Shown: positions 27,674 through 38,563, counted from the first letter of the stretch. The stretch: 64,000 nucleotides of DNA from an uncultured delta proteobacterium (GCA_963699755.1 CAVOVB010000007.1:192001-256000); one strand, 5' to 3'. Notes: generated by a model from the letters alone, not told the origin. Numbers and translations: made by a program.

Positions 27674-29902
27674 ATGACCGAGACAGTGCAGACGTTTTGC
27701 CGGATTTGCGAGGCCCTTTGTGGGCTCGAGGTCACGGTAGATGGCGACCAGGTCGTCGACATCAGGCCCGACGACCAGCACGTGGCCACGCACGGGTACG
27801 GATGCCTCAAGGGACTCAAGCAGCATCGGTTATACGACACGCCCGATCGTCTGCTCTATCCGATGCAGCGCGTAGACGGGGAGCTTCGGCGCGTGAGCTG
27901 GGACGACGCGCTCAGTAGCATCGGCGGCAAGGTGCGGGAGCTAATCGACAATCACGGCCCCGACAGCATCGCGATGTACGTGGGCACTGCGGCTGGGTTC
28001 GGGGTGCTGCACCCGGTCTTCGCGCAGGGCTTCATGCAAGGCGTGGGCTCGGCGAGCATGTTCTCGTCGGCCACGCAGGATTGCGCGAACAAATTCTCAG
28101 TTGCACGCGAGGTGTATGGCTTCCCGTTCACGCAGCCGTTCCCCGACCTCGAACACCTGAACTGCCTGATCATCGTCGGCGCCAACCCAGCGATCTCGAA
28201 GTGGAGCTTTCTGCAAGTCTCGAACCCGATTCGTCGCCTCAAGGAAATCGAGGCCCGCGGCGCAAAGATTTTCATCGTCGATCCTCGCCGAACGGAAACC
28301 GCGAAAGTCGCTGGCGAGCACGTGTTCATAAGGCCGAACACCGACGTCTTCTTCTACCTTTCATTCTTGAACGAGATGCTCGCCACCGCCGAAATCGATC
28401 GGGCCCGAATCGACGAGTACATGACCGGCTTCGACGAGCTCTGTCGCGTGGCCGAGGCTTGGTCGCCCGAGCGCACCGCGGAAGTCACTCGCATTCCAGC
28501 CGAAACCCTGCGGGAGATGGTTCGCGTCTACCGTGAAGCCGACGGCGCCGCGCTGTATTGCTCGACCGGCGTGAACATGGGTACCAATGGCTCCCTCGCG
28601 TTTTGGTTGCAGGAGTGCATCAACGCGATCTCGGGCAACCTGGACCGCAAAGGCGGAACCCTGGTCAGCACTGGCGTCATCGACTTCGCTGCATTCGGCA
28701 AAAAGACCGGGGTGCTCTTGAGCGAAAACCAGAGTCGCATTGGCAAGTTCCGGTCGGTCAATGATTCGATGCCCGGCGGGATCCTGGCCGATGAGATCCT
28801 CACGCCCGGGGATCGGCAGATCAAAGCCCTCTTCGTGACAGGCGGCAATCCCTTGATCACCATGGCGAACTCGGAGCGCCTCCGCGATGCCTTCAAAGAG
28901 CTAGAGCTGCTCGTCGTCCTCGACATTCAGCCCAGCGAAACGGCATCCGTCGCGACTCACGTGCTTCCCTGCACCTCACCGTTTCAGCGGCCGGACCTTC
29001 CCTTCGTCTTCCCCTTGATGCTCGGGCTACAATTGAAGCCATATCTGCAGGCCACGCGCGCCATCGTTCCGCCCCAGGGTGAACAGCGTGACGAGGCAAG
29101 CATCTACGTAGACATCGCGAAGGCCAGTGGAGTGAAGCTCTGGGGCTCTGCGGCGGCACAGCGGATCTTCGAGGGTGCCAAGACCCTCAATTCGATCGGG
29201 CGCCGGCGGAAGCAACCCTCGATTCCGCAAGAGCTTCTGCTTTCGGGCCTTCTCCGCGCGACCAAGCAGGGAAGCTTCAAGAAGCTGCTGAAGGAAAAGC
29301 ACGGACGCCTCCGGCCCCAGCACGACCCAGGCAGCTTCCTAGGCAACCGCGTCGTGCACGACGATGGGAAGGTACATCTCGCACCCGAGGTGTTTCTGAA
29401 GCAGTCGCAGAAGCTCGAAGCGGACTTCCAACTCGAGCTCGACACGAAAGACAAGCTCAAGCTCATCACCAAGCGCGCCATCACCACACACAACTCCTGG
29501 ACCCACAACATCGAAGAGTTCGTTTCGCGAGAACGCGGGACCAATCACTTGTATATGCATCCCGAGGACGCGGCTCGCGCAGGGCTTGCGGAGGGTGACC
29601 TCGCCGACGTCTCGACGGACACCGGCGCGGTTCGCGTGCCGGTGAGGCTTCTTTCGGAGCTGATGCCTGGGTCGGTGGCTCTTCCGCATGGATGGGGCCA
29701 TCAGGACAGCAAGATGGGCGTCGCTAGCAAGACCAGCGGCGTCAACGTCAACCTGCTCGCGGCCGACGGCCCGGACAAGCTCGAGCGCGTTTCGGGAATG
29801 GCCAATCTCACCGGCTTCCTCGTTGAGGTGAAGCCCGCTGCGGGCGCTCTCAACCCCATGCATTGGTCGGGCATCGGCGCCGCTGAGGGCCGAGCACTCT
29901 AA
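27674..29902 (+). CDS. molybdopterin-dependent oxidoreductase (DMSO reductase superfamily)
   Basis: CRICEALC...CLKG Fe-S motif, GANP, DPRRTETA, GGNP, C-terminal MHPEDA...LPHGWG; no Tat signal seen. Confidence 0.92.
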   Translation: MTETVQTFCRICEALCGLEVTVDGDQVVDIRPDDQHVATHGYGCLKGLKQHRLYDTPDRLLYPMQRVDGELRRVSWDDALSSIGGKVRELIDNHGPDSIAMYVGTAAGFGVLHPVFAQGFMQGVGSASMFSSATQDCANKFSVAREVYGFPFTQPFPDLEHLNCLIIVGANPAISKWSFLQVSNPIRRLKEIEARGAKIFIVDPRRTETAKVAGEHVFIRPNTDVFFYLSFLNEMLATAEIDRARIDEYMTGFDELCRVAEAWSPERTAEVTRIPAETLREMVRVYREADGAALYCSTGVNMGTNGSLAFWLQECINAISGNLDRKGGTLVSTGVIDFAAFGKKTGVLLSENQSRIGKFRSVNDSMPGGILADEILTPGDRQIKALFVTGGNPLITMANSERLRDAFKELELLVVLDIQPSETASVATHVLPCTSPFQRPDLPFVFPLMLGLQLKPYLQATRAIVPPQGEQRDEASIYVDIAKASGVKLWGSAAAQRIFEGAKTLNSIGRRRKQPSIPQELLLSGLLRATKQGSFKKLLKEKHGRLRPQHDPGSFLGNRVVHDDGKVHLAPEVFLKQSQKLEADFQLELDTKDKLKLITKRAITTHNSWTHNIEEFVSRERGTNHLYMHPEDAARAGLAEGDLADVSTDTGAVRVPVRLLSELMPGSVALPHGWGHQDSKMGVASKTSGVNVNLLAADGPDKLERVSGMANLTGFLVEVKPAAGALNPMHWSGIGAAEGRAL

Positions 29903-32250
29903 AAGACGGCGCGAAACGAGAGGTTCGGAAACCAGATCGCGGTGGTGTACCGGATCGGACAAGGCACCGGTGGAACGCCCACCCGAAACTGACACTGCGC
30001 GGGCGCCATCGCATCTGTCGAGTTGATCTCCTGCGCGTCTCGTGCCTGGGTGATGTTGATCCACTCGAGACCCACACGCATGCGCCGACCTGGCTTCGCC
30101 CACTCGTACGCGACTTGTGCATCGAGCCGAACGAACCAGGGAGTGCGCTGGAGATACTGCTGAACCTGACCCGTTGTGTCGTCGAGCCAGATCCAGCCTT
30201 CTGCACGACCGGACCAGGCGAATACGCGCCCGCTGATGATGAGACCGAACTTGGCTTGCCATGCTAGGACGGCATTTAGGACGTGGCGAACGTCGTAGGA
30301 CGGAGTGTAGTCGAAGGTCTGAGGGGGAGCTTCATCCAGCAACGCCGTCGCGGAAAGGTCACTGAAGCCGAGCGTATATCCGAGCAAGGTCGAGACCCCA
30401 ATATCGAAGGGACGCTGAAGCAAGAGCTCCAATCCGTAGCTTCTGCCGTCCGAGGAGTCGTCGATTCGGCCAGCAGGGTCGGGGAGGGCGGGGCCGTCGG
30501 GATTCCCGGCGACGATCTGCGGATCGGTGAAGATGTCGAGGAAGCGAAGATCCCGAAACACGTTGAGATAGCCGCGGGCCTCGAAGCTGAGATTGCGGGG
30601 AAGGAAGAAGCGAATTCCCCCCTCGGTCTGGCTGGCGCGCTGGAGGCCGGCCTCGAGTGGAACATCGCCGAGCCCGGGAAGCGGAATGGCAAAGGTCGCC
30701 GGCCGGAACCCAAGTCCCCATCCGAAAAAGAGGTCGGCAATCTCCTTCGCATGGAACGTTGCCCGCGCCCGCGGACTGACGCCGACGTTTCGATTGCTGC
30801 CCGTACTCCAGAGGTCTGCGCGGACACCAAGGGATAGATCCAGCCACGAAAGGGGTGAAAGGGTCGCATCGACGAACCCGCCTACAGTGGCTCGCCGATC
30901 TTGACCCAGGAAATTTGGATCGTCGCTCGCACAGGGGGCGGAAACGTTCGTGAGGCCATCCTGGGAACAGTTGACCGGACCAAAGAGGCCCACGGCGTCG
31001 GCGCCGAGACGGAGTTGGACTTTCGGTGCTCCATAGATGGCCCAGAACCTCGGTCCGAAGCGGTGAAGGCTCGCGTTTGCATCGGGGAGCGCGTTCCCCG
31101 AAGCGTCGTCGATATTCGAAAAGTCGTAGCCATATAGGATCGCGCCCCCGAGATCCCAGCGATTCACCTTGCCGATGAAACGCGCTTCCAGCCGATGGAA
31201 CTCGAGGTCCAAGCCCAGCGATTCGGTCGAATTCGAGGCGTCGAAAAGCGAATCGTCTCGCGCACCCACGGCCACCATTTCGAAGCGCGACCGGGCGCTC
31301 ATCGCCATGCCCGTCCGATATTGGTAGTCCCAGTAGCTGACGTTGGCGTCGACGTTGATCGCGCCGAGCAAGAGGTTGGGGAACCCATAGCGTCCCGCGA
31401 ACGTCATCGACCCTTCTTTGGGCATGGGCACATTGAGAAGAGCGGAGACGTCGATGGCGCGCAGCTCTGCTTCGCCGTGCACTCGGTCGGTCGAAATTCG
31501 GCGAGCCCTTCCGTCCACCACCCCCCCTGTGAAGCCGCCATAGCGTGCGGGCGCGGCCCCCGAATAGAGGTCGATGCCGCCGATTAGACCCGAATGCAGT
31601 GTCGCCGGACCGAGCGCAGAGTGGAAGAGCAAGGGAATCGGGATGTCATCGTAGAGATAGACCGTGCCCGATGGCGGCGCGCCACGCAGGTAGACATAGG
31701 GTTGACCGTTGGCGAGCGGAACGGTGCCGGGCAAGACTTCGAGAATTCGAAACGGCTCGCCGAACGTCCCAGGGATGTTCCGAATACCATCGAGCTCGAG
31801 CCTGAGCGGCACCTGCACCCGCGCGTCGACTTCGGCCGTTTCGGAGAATAGCAGCTCCTTTTCGAGATGAGTGCTTTCGGGCTCGAGCAGGGCTTCTCGC
31901 GCCTCGGAATCGGAGGCCTCATCCGCTGCTGTTTGCCTCACACGAAGGTCCACCCTGATCTGCGATGGTACGGGCATTCCGTCGCGCGTTGCCGGGACGA
32001 AGGCCGCGTTCTCAATCGCTTCCATGATGAGATCGCAAAGCGCTCGCTCCTGATCACAATTCTGGACGCTCCCTGTCCCGTCCGGATCGATTCGAACCAA
32101 GACCCGAACGAGACCCGACTCCGGGATCTCGACCTCGGCCGGCACCTCGATTCCAGGAAGCGACTTCACCTTAGGCGCGACCAGATCCTGAGCGAGCGCT
32201 ACCCCGCCAAAGGCCCAGACCCCCAAGATCAAGGAAAGCAAAACTCTCAT
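29899..32250 (-). CDS. TonB-dependent receptor with N-terminal TonB-C-like domain
   Basis: Signal peptide; FVPATRDGMPV; plug IPGTFGEPFR...LPG, YSGAAPARYG; terminal Phe. Confidence 0.85.
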   Translation of the reverse strand: MRVLLSLILGVWAFGGVALAQDLVAPKVKSLPGIEVPAEVEIPESGLVRVLVRIDPDGTGSVQNCDQERALCDLIMEAIENAAFVPATRDGMPVPSQIRVDLRVRQTAADEASDSEAREALLEPESTHLEKELLFSETAEVDARVQVPLRLELDGIRNIPGTFGEPFRILEVLPGTVPLANGQPYVYLRGAPPSGTVYLYDDIPIPLLFHSALGPATLHSGLIGGIDLYSGAAPARYGGFTGGVVDGRARRISTDRVHGEAELRAIDVSALLNVPMPKEGSMTFAGRYGFPNLLLGAINVDANVSYWDYQYRTGMAMSARSRFEMVAVGARDDSLFDASNSTESLGLDLEFHRLEARFIGKVNRWDLGGAILYGYDFSNIDDASGNALPDANASLHRFGPRFWAIYGAPKVQLRLGADAVGLFGPVNCSQDGLTNVSAPCASDDPNFLGQDRRATVGGFVDATLSPLSWLDLSLGVRADLWSTGSNRNVGVSPRARATFHAKEIADLFFGWGLGFRPATFAIPLPGLGDVPLEAGLQRASQTEGGIRFFLPRNLSFEARGYLNVFRDLRFLDIFTDPQIVAGNPDGPALPDPAGRIDDSSDGRSYGLELLLQRPFDIGVSTLLGYTLGFSDLSATALLDEAPPQTFDYTPSYDVRHVLNAVLAWQAKFGLIISGRVFAWSGRAEGWIWLDDTTGQVQQYLQRTPWFVRLDAQVAYEWAKPGRRMRVGLEWINITQARDAQEINSTDAMAPAQCQFRVGVPPVPCPIRYTTAIWFPNLSFRAVF

Positions 32251-32432
32251 CGGGACACGCTAGGCCTCAAAATCCATTTCACTCAGGCCGCAAGACCGCC
32301 AACGCCCAATCGGGAGCGAACTTTCGCGGCCTGGAGCCCAAGTTACCGGAAAAAGACGTCGGTGGGGGCTGCATCCCGAGCGAGCCATGGCTTGACGCTT
32401 CGAGCCAGCAGGGCTACCTCTCCCATCTCTTT

Positions 32433-32504
32433 GCGGGAGTAACTCAGGGGTAGAGTTCCTGCTTCCCAAGCAGGTTGTCGCGGGTTCGAATCCCGTCTCC
32501 CGCT
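32433..32504 (+). tRNA. tRNA-Gly (anticodon CCC)
   Basis: Acceptor GCGGGAG/CTCCCGC, anticodon arm CCTGC-TTCCCAA-GCAGG, T-loop GGTTCGAATCC; followed by CCG so CCA not fully encoded. Confidence 0.96.
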
Positions 32505-32646
32505 CCGCAAGTCTCAGCGCTTCAGGGCAGGTCATGGCGCGTTCCCGCGTGCGAAACCACCCGTCTTTTGCAAGAAACTGCGATGTTTCATACAGGCGTT
32601 CCGCGCCCGAATCGCTACCCTGGGGGAAGATAGGAGGCCTGTTGCT

Positions 32647-32829
32647 GTGAAGGGGCTCGCGCTGTTTTTCTGGCTCTCGCTCGTGGGCAGCGACCCGCTC
32701 GTCGACCCCTGGACAATCGCGTTTCCCGGCCTCGACGAGATCGAGCTCACGACCTTCCATGAACCTTTGGCCTCCGAGTCCTGGAGCCTCGACGACAACC
32801 AGCTCCTCGATCCTTTCGAGCAGGAGTAG
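32647..32829 (+). CDS. small hypothetical protein
   Basis: AGGAGG RBS, GTG start, hydrophobic N-terminus and acidic tail with two LxDP(W/F) motifs. Confidence 0.45.
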   Translation: MKGLALFFWLSLVGSDPLVDPWTIAFPGLDEIELTTFHEPLASESWSLDDNQLLDPFEQE

Positions 32830-32947
32830 TGCTGCAGCGGCCCGGCAGGTCGTTCTGACAGAGGAGTTGCTCCCGAGTGCGCTCTCGCCTTACCTTCTTC
32901 GGACTGGAGGGCTCATTCGCCATCTGCCCGCATTCGCGCTCGCCTCG

Positions 32948-34366
32948 ATGCTCGCTCTGATCTGCGGCTGCTATGAAGTTTCGTACCCGGCGAAGGGATA
33001 TCAGTTCATCGACAGCGTTCTCGATCCTCCGGTCCTAGCGGGGTCTGGGGCAAGCCAAAACTTCCTCCTGGCAGGCTTTCCCTGGGAGGTCGTTGACGAA
33101 TTCGACCGGGAGCAGTTCTTCTTCTTCCAACGTCTTCCGGTTTCGGTCTGGGAGTGCAATGCGTCCGGTTGCGCGACCCGCCTCCGCGTGGAGACGGGAA
33201 CGGGTCTCGTCATTCATCACCCCGAGCGCTTCGGCCAAGACATGCACGTCTGCACGGCCGGCTACATCCAAACCGTCGGTCGGGTGCATTGCCGTGATCG
33301 TCGGGTGGACGATACGATCCTCGACCGGGAGAAGACGACGTTCATCGGAGATCTGCCGGAAGCCTCCTGGGAAGGAGATTGGTTTTCGCGCCTGACGACG
33401 GGCTCGCACTCCTGGGCCCAGAGCACCGACCCATGGCATCCAGCCGAGGATGGTACGGGCGCAGAGTGGAGTGAGGCGGCCTGGACCGGAGAGCCGGTCG
33501 TCGAGAGCTTGGAACGCGCACACAACGTCGACCTCGGTGCCTGCTCGCTCTTCGTCCCCTGGAAGTGGGAAGATCGCGACCCACGGCTCGACGCGATGGT
33601 TGGGCCCATGCTGGGTGATCGAGGCCTCGCGGAGCTCACCTTGGACCGGCTCGATGCGGCCCGCACTCGATCCGCCAACTCGAACGAGATCGAAGAGGTG
33701 GCCTGGTTCTTCGATGCGTTCACCAAGCTCTGGCCGCGGGTCAACCCGAGCGAGTTTCACTACCACGTCAAGGAAACCGGGGAGCGCCAGGCCTGCCTTC
33801 GAAGCTACTTCGCCGCCAACACGGATCTTCGTGGGCGGCCGAGCGGCTGGAACATCATCGGCGAAGGCATCGTCGCCGGGCTGGCCGAGCTGTTCGGCGT
33901 CGGCGACTGTAAGACGCACCCGATCAGCGTCCGATTTTGCGGAGAGCTTGGCGCGTCGCGCGGCGCTCCGACGTTCACACTCGACGAGTCTTCGATCGTC
34001 GTCGAGATGGAACCCTATTCGCGCTTCAAACCCTCTTGCAACAACAACTTCGTCCCGCTGGTGAAGCAAGGGCTGACAGCGAGTGTCGAGAAGCTCACCA
34101 ACGCAGTCATCACCGAGCAGCTCACCGCTCTCACGGCGAGCTTGCCCTTTTGGATCCGGCGCATCGAGCTCACCCCGAGCGGCGCGCACTTCGTCTTGGC
34201 GCAGGACTACGAGGACATGCAGTACGCCAGCATGAAACTGGCCGGCCAAGCGCTCGCCGGAGACTCTGGGCTCTTTTGTCGGCCCGAGCTCGGAGACAGC
34301 GACTTTGGTCATCTCGCCATGGAGTCGACCCGCTTTTCGCTGCCGAAACGAGGAATCTCCCGCTAG
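32948..34366 (+). CDS. hypothetical Cys-containing exported/lipoprotein
   Basis: Long ORF with GC-rich third positions; LALICGC near N-terminus; true start uncertain (may be further upstream). Confidence 0.6.
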   Translation: MLALICGCYEVSYPAKGYQFIDSVLDPPVLAGSGASQNFLLAGFPWEVVDEFDREQFFFFQRLPVSVWECNASGCATRLRVETGTGLVIHHPERFGQDMHVCTAGYIQTVGRVHCRDRRVDDTILDREKTTFIGDLPEASWEGDWFSRLTTGSHSWAQSTDPWHPAEDGTGAEWSEAAWTGEPVVESLERAHNVDLGACSLFVPWKWEDRDPRLDAMVGPMLGDRGLAELTLDRLDAARTRSANSNEIEEVAWFFDAFTKLWPRVNPSEFHYHVKETGERQACLRSYFAANTDLRGRPSGWNIIGEGIVAGLAELFGVGDCKTHPISVRFCGELGASRGAPTFTLDESSIVVEMEPYSRFKPSCNNNFVPLVKQGLTASVEKLTNAVITEQLTALTASLPFWIRRIELTPSGAHFVLAQDYEDMQYASMKLAGQALAGDSGLFCRPELGDSDFGHLAMESTRFSLPKRGISR

Positions 34367-34536
34367 TCGCGCTGGATCCCCGCACCGCCACGAACGCAAT
34401 TTTGCATCTACGAAGGCAGGGAGCTTGTGAACAATTACGTATAGACCGCTGTGCCGAACTCTCCGATCCTGCTGAGCATGCCTGTGAGTCGATGTAGGCG
34501 CGCCTGCGAACAGGCTGGGCATCAAGGAGCTGCGCC

Positions 34537-35568
34537 ATGGGCCGAATAGGCTCGGCGGTCATCGACCTCACCGAAGCCGCGTATGACCTCGAGCTCAGCA
34601 AGGAGCAATGGCTCCCATCGATGTTGAAGCGCGGCCTGCCGGTGCTCGAACAGGGCTTGGGGGTCGCCGGCTACGCGTATGGCCGCCCTCCCGACGCCGA
34701 GGCGGTTGAGCTCCTCGACGTCCATGTCGCGTCAGGACCCAAGGATTTCGCTGAGCGACACCTGCGTGCCCTCTCGACTACGGATCCGGAGCTGCTGCGG
34801 AGACAACTACGCCCGGGGTCGGCAACGACGGGGTCCGAATACGCCAAGGACGATCCCGAACAGCTTGCGCACTACGTCTCACACGTCGATTACTGCAAAG
34901 ACGTGCTGTTTCTGACCGCCGTCGATCCGAAAGGCGTCGGCGTCGCGATCGTCGCACCCTTGCCCGAAGTCACGACCTTGTCTCCGCAGGACGCGCAGCG
35001 CTGGCAGATGCTCGCGGCGCACGTGGAAGCCGGGCACCGTTTGCGACAGGGGATCACGGGCGAAGACGTCGGTCAAGAAAACAAGAGCCCCTTGCCGAAC
35101 GAAGCGGATGCGATCTTCGATGCAAAAAACTTCCGGGTCACTGAGGCAGTGGGCGAAGCAAGAGGGCGAACCACAGCGAGGAAGCTTCGCGAGGCGGCGA
35201 TCGCCATCGATCGCGCACGCGGGAAGATGCGAAATACCGATCCCGACGAGGCGCTGGAGATCTGGAAAGCCCTGGTGCGCGGGCGCTGGTCGATTGTCGA
35301 TTGGTTCGATACCGACGGAAGGCGCTTCGTGTTGGCGATTCCGAACCCGCCAGAGGTGACCGATCCACGTGGGCTCAGCAAGCGCGAAAGCCAGGTCGTG
35401 ACCGCTGCCGCGATGGGCCACAGCAACAAGATGATCGCTTATCGCTTGGGCCTGTCGACCTCGCGTGTTTCGACCGTCCTGAGGAGCGCGATGCGAAAGA
35501 TGGGGGTTCGCACTCGCGCCCAGCTGGTGAAGCGAATGCGCGGCTTCCAGGCACTCGAGCAGCCCTGA
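34537..35568 (+). CDS. LuxR-type HTH transcriptional regulator
   Basis: C-terminal LSKRE...GHSNKMIAYRLGLS...V...AMRKMGV; AAGGAG RBS. Confidence 0.88.
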   Translation: MGRIGSAVIDLTEAAYDLELSKEQWLPSMLKRGLPVLEQGLGVAGYAYGRPPDAEAVELLDVHVASGPKDFAERHLRALSTTDPELLRRQLRPGSATTGSEYAKDDPEQLAHYVSHVDYCKDVLFLTAVDPKGVGVAIVAPLPEVTTLSPQDAQRWQMLAAHVEAGHRLRQGITGEDVGQENKSPLPNEADAIFDAKNFRVTEAVGEARGRTTARKLREAAIAIDRARGKMRNTDPDEALEIWKALVRGRWSIVDWFDTDGRRFVLAIPNPPEVTDPRGLSKRESQVVTAAAMGHSNKMIAYRLGLSTSRVSTVLRSAMRKMGVRTRAQLVKRMRGFQALEQP

Positions 35569-35570
35569 AG

Positions 35571-36824
35571 TCAGACCACGAGTGGGATGTCGTACGCGCT
35601 GCAGTAGCCCTCGAATCGCTTGCGAATCTGGCCGAGGCTCATCCCGAAGTCTTCGATCTCGTAGCGATGCGAACCGTGCTTTGCTCGGGGATTGTGGGCC
35701 AGAAACGAGCGCATTCGGCTTTCGACCTCGCCAGACCAAGGGATCTCGAAACGCTCATAGGCGCGGCCCAGAGCGGCAACCGGATCGTCCACTAGTTCCT
35801 CGAACTGGATGTCGATGAACTGCTCGTCCTTGTCGCCATGCTTGTGCCGCACCGCCATTGCTTCGTCCAGCGAATCAGCCCACCAATGCATTTGCTGCTG
35901 CCCGAGCGCAATCGGATCGACCGAGTCGCTAGCCAAACCGCGGATCACATAGTAGAGGCTCGCAAGCGAAGGAACGGTCTTTGCCGGGTCGCGGTGCGTA
36001 AAAATGATCCGGGCATCGGGATACTCGACGAGGAGCGCGTCGAGTGTGCGCAGGTGCACGGGGCTCTTGAGCACCCAGCGGTCTCTCATGTGCTCGCTCT
36101 GTAGGTGCTCGAGGAAATGCCGGTGATAGCGGTAGGCCGGTGCGTGGCTCTGTGCATCGACCCATGCCTGGTAGCTCGGCACGTCGAATTGCAAGCTCAG
36201 CTGGGGGCCGAGCATGGTTTGCGCGAGGATCGGCATGCACTCCTGTGGGAGCTCCGCGCCGACTTCATGGATGGAAGCAAGGGAGGGCGCCATACGATCC
36301 ATGTGTCCAAACTGCTTTCGAGCCTTGTCGATGCGCCGGTCCGAATCGAAGGTAGCGCTTTGGGGCGGTGGGTCCGGAAACTGTACTTCCCAGGCCAGAG
36401 GGGCACGGTTGGCCGGGTCCTGTGCGAGGAGGTTGTAAAGAATAGTCGTTCCGGTGCGCGGAAACCCCACGATGAAAATGGGTCGCTCGATCGGAACTCC
36501 GGCAAGCTCGGGATGCGCGGCGCGATGCCGGTAGACGCTGAAACGATTCTGGAGGTAGCCCTCAAGGGACTGGCGACACATCACGCGACCGAGCCAGCTC
36601 AGGTCCGCCTCTTGCGCGACGGCGTCGAGAAACAGCGGGAGCGCCTCGAGAAAACCCTCATCGCCGAGCTGGTTGGATTTTGCCGCTCGCGCCGCACTGT
36701 GAACGATCTTGTCCGGGTCGAGCGAAGGCCAGCGCGACGCCAATAGCGGTCCCAGTTGGTTGAGCGCGCGCATCATGCGGGTTCGATGGGGAGGCTCTGT
36801 GGGCATCGTTGCGTCGATCGGCAT
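35571..36824 (-). CDS. sulfotransferase family protein
   Basis: PIFIVGFPRTGTT PAPS-binding loop, WVLKSPVH, THRDP...S; start uncertain. Confidence 0.92.
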   Translation of the reverse strand: MPIDATMPTEPPHRTRMMRALNQLGPLLASRWPSLDPDKIVHSAARAAKSNQLGDEGFLEALPLFLDAVAQEADLSWLGRVMCRQSLEGYLQNRFSVYRHRAAHPELAGVPIERPIFIVGFPRTGTTILYNLLAQDPANRAPLAWEVQFPDPPPQSATFDSDRRIDKARKQFGHMDRMAPSLASIHEVGAELPQECMPILAQTMLGPQLSLQFDVPSYQAWVDAQSHAPAYRYHRHFLEHLQSEHMRDRWVLKSPVHLRTLDALLVEYPDARIIFTHRDPAKTVPSLASLYYVIRGLASDSVDPIALGQQQMHWWADSLDEAMAVRHKHGDKDEQFIDIQFEELVDDPVAALGRAYERFEIPWSGEVESRMRSFLAHNPRAKHGSHRYEIEDFGMSLGQIRKRFEGYCSAYDIPLVV

Positions 36825-36890
36825 GGCTTTGCCTGACCGGGCTGCGTCGAGTAGCACGGCCCTTCAGGAGCCGCAAAACCTGGAGACTGC

Positions 36891-37760
36891 ATGAGCGAGA
36901 GCCAGAAACGAGAACCAGTCGCGATCGTCACCGGCGCGTCGTCCGGCATTGGCGAGGCCAGCGCGCGGTGCCTCGCCAGGGCTGGCTTCTCCGTGGTCGT
37001 TGCGGCGCGTCGTTCGGATCTTCTCGATCGCCTCGTCGCCGAGATCGCGGCACAGGGCGGCAAGGCCATCAGCGTTCCAACCGACCTCAGCAGTGCCGAA
37101 CAAACCTCGGCGCTCGTCAGGACGACGCTCGATGCGTTTCGCCGCGTCGACGTGCTGGTCAACAACGCTGGATATAGCCCACCCTATGCGCTCGAGCAGA
37201 TGGACCGCGAGACGATGCAGCGTGTGTTTGATGTGAACCTGCTCTCGGGAATGCAACTGATCGCGGAGCTGACGCCGACGATGCGGGAACAAGGCGGCGG
37301 ACGGGTCATCAACATCAGCTCGCTTTCGCGATACGTAGGGGCACCGATGGTCGCCACCTACGCCGCAACCAAGGGTGGCATGGAGGCGCTCACGGCATGT
37401 CTGCGTCTCGAGCTCTCGCCCTGGAACATCCGGCTGAGCATCATCATCCCGGGGTTCGTCGACACGCCGATTCTAGAGACGTCCCGAGCCGCGGGAGAAC
37501 ACCTTCGAAACGACCCCAGCAACCCATACCTGAAGCTGGCGGAGGGCTTGGACGCGTTCGCCACCGAGCAGCTCAAGAGCGCCGTTTCTTCCGAGGAGGT
37601 GGGCAAAGCCGTGGTCAAAGCAGCTACGGATCAATCCCCGAAGACACGTTACTTCGTCCCGAAGGGCGCGCGGACGGCGGCCAGGATGTTCAATGCCCTA
37701 CCCGACCGGATGGCCGACCGGCTCCTGCTGAAGATGTACAAATGGGACGCGATCTCATGA
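36891..37760 (+). CDS. short-chain dehydrogenase/reductase
   Basis: TGASSGIG, NNAG, YAATK. Confidence 0.95.
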   Translation: MSESQKREPVAIVTGASSGIGEASARCLARAGFSVVVAARRSDLLDRLVAEIAAQGGKAISVPTDLSSAEQTSALVRTTLDAFRRVDVLVNNAGYSPPYALEQMDRETMQRVFDVNLLSGMQLIAELTPTMREQGGGRVINISSLSRYVGAPMVATYAATKGGMEALTACLRLELSPWNIRLSIIIPGFVDTPILETSRAAGEHLRNDPSNPYLKLAEGLDAFATEQLKSAVSSEEVGKAVVKAATDQSPKTRYFVPKGARTAARMFNALPDRMADRLLLKMYKWDAIS

Positions 37761-38563
37761 GCAAGCGAAGCGCGACCAGGGGTCGGAAGCGCGTGCTGGT
37801 CACGGGCGCGGCCAATGGTATCGGCGCGGCCATTGCACGGCTCTGCGTCGAAGCAGGCCATCGCGTCATCGCGGTCGACATCGACCGAGAAGCACTGACA
37901 CGGCTGCGCCAGGGGCTTCCAGGTATCGAAACCGCTCTCCTCGATGTTCGCGACCTAGCGGCCTGGGCGAAGGTGGTCGAAGATGCCGAGAGTCAGGGAG
38001 GCCCGATCGACGTCCTGATCAACAACGCCGGGGTGTGCCTGCCCGGCCCCTGCGAGCAGGTCTCCGCCGAAGATGATCGTCTGACCGTCGAAGTGAATCT
38101 CGTCGGTGTGATGAACGGAGTGCGAACCCTCTTGCCGCGATTTCTCGCGCAAGAGCGCGGTCACGTGATCAACGTGGCGAGCATGGCAGCCTTCGCCCCG
38201 GCTCCGGATCTCGCGACCTACTGCGCGACCAAGCACGCGGTGCGGGCGTACACCCATAGTTGCGCGCTCGATCATCGGCATACGCCAATCCATTGGACCC
38301 TGGCCTGCCCGAGCGCCGTCGAAACGCCGATGCTGCAGAGCATGCGCAAACGCCGCGCCGGTCTGGTAGTGTTCACCGAAAAGCCAATGCCTCCAGAGAA
38401 GATCGCTCGCGCGATCGTCGATACCATTCGAGAGCCACGAAGCGAGCTCTTGATGCCGAACGTGCGCGGCAAGCTGATTCGCTTCGTCGGCTTGTTCCCA
38501 GGCCTGCTCTCCCGCGGCATGGACGATGCCGAGCGACGCGGGCGGGAAGCGCTCGGCGACTAG
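37757..38563 (+). CDS. short-chain dehydrogenase/reductase
   Basis: TGAANGIG, NNAG, YCATK; ATGA overlap with upstream SDR. Confidence 0.94.
   Translation: MSKRSATRGRKRVLVTGAANGIGAAIARLCVEAGHRVIAVDIDREALTRLRQGLPGIETALLDVRDLAAWAKVVEDAESQGGPIDVLINNAGVCLPGPCEQVSAEDDRLTVEVNLVGVMNGVRTLLPRFLAQERGHVINVASMAAFAPAPDLATYCATKHAVRAYTHSCALDHRHTPIHWTLACPSAVETPMLQSMRKRRAGLVVFTEKPMPPEKIARAIVDTIREPRSELLMPNVRGKLIRFVGLFPGLLSRGMDDAERRGREALGD

Noticed and set aside
34394..34407. ACGCA-N4-TGCAT as another regulon site
   Set aside because: Spacer is 4 rather than 5 bp and both half-sites deviate
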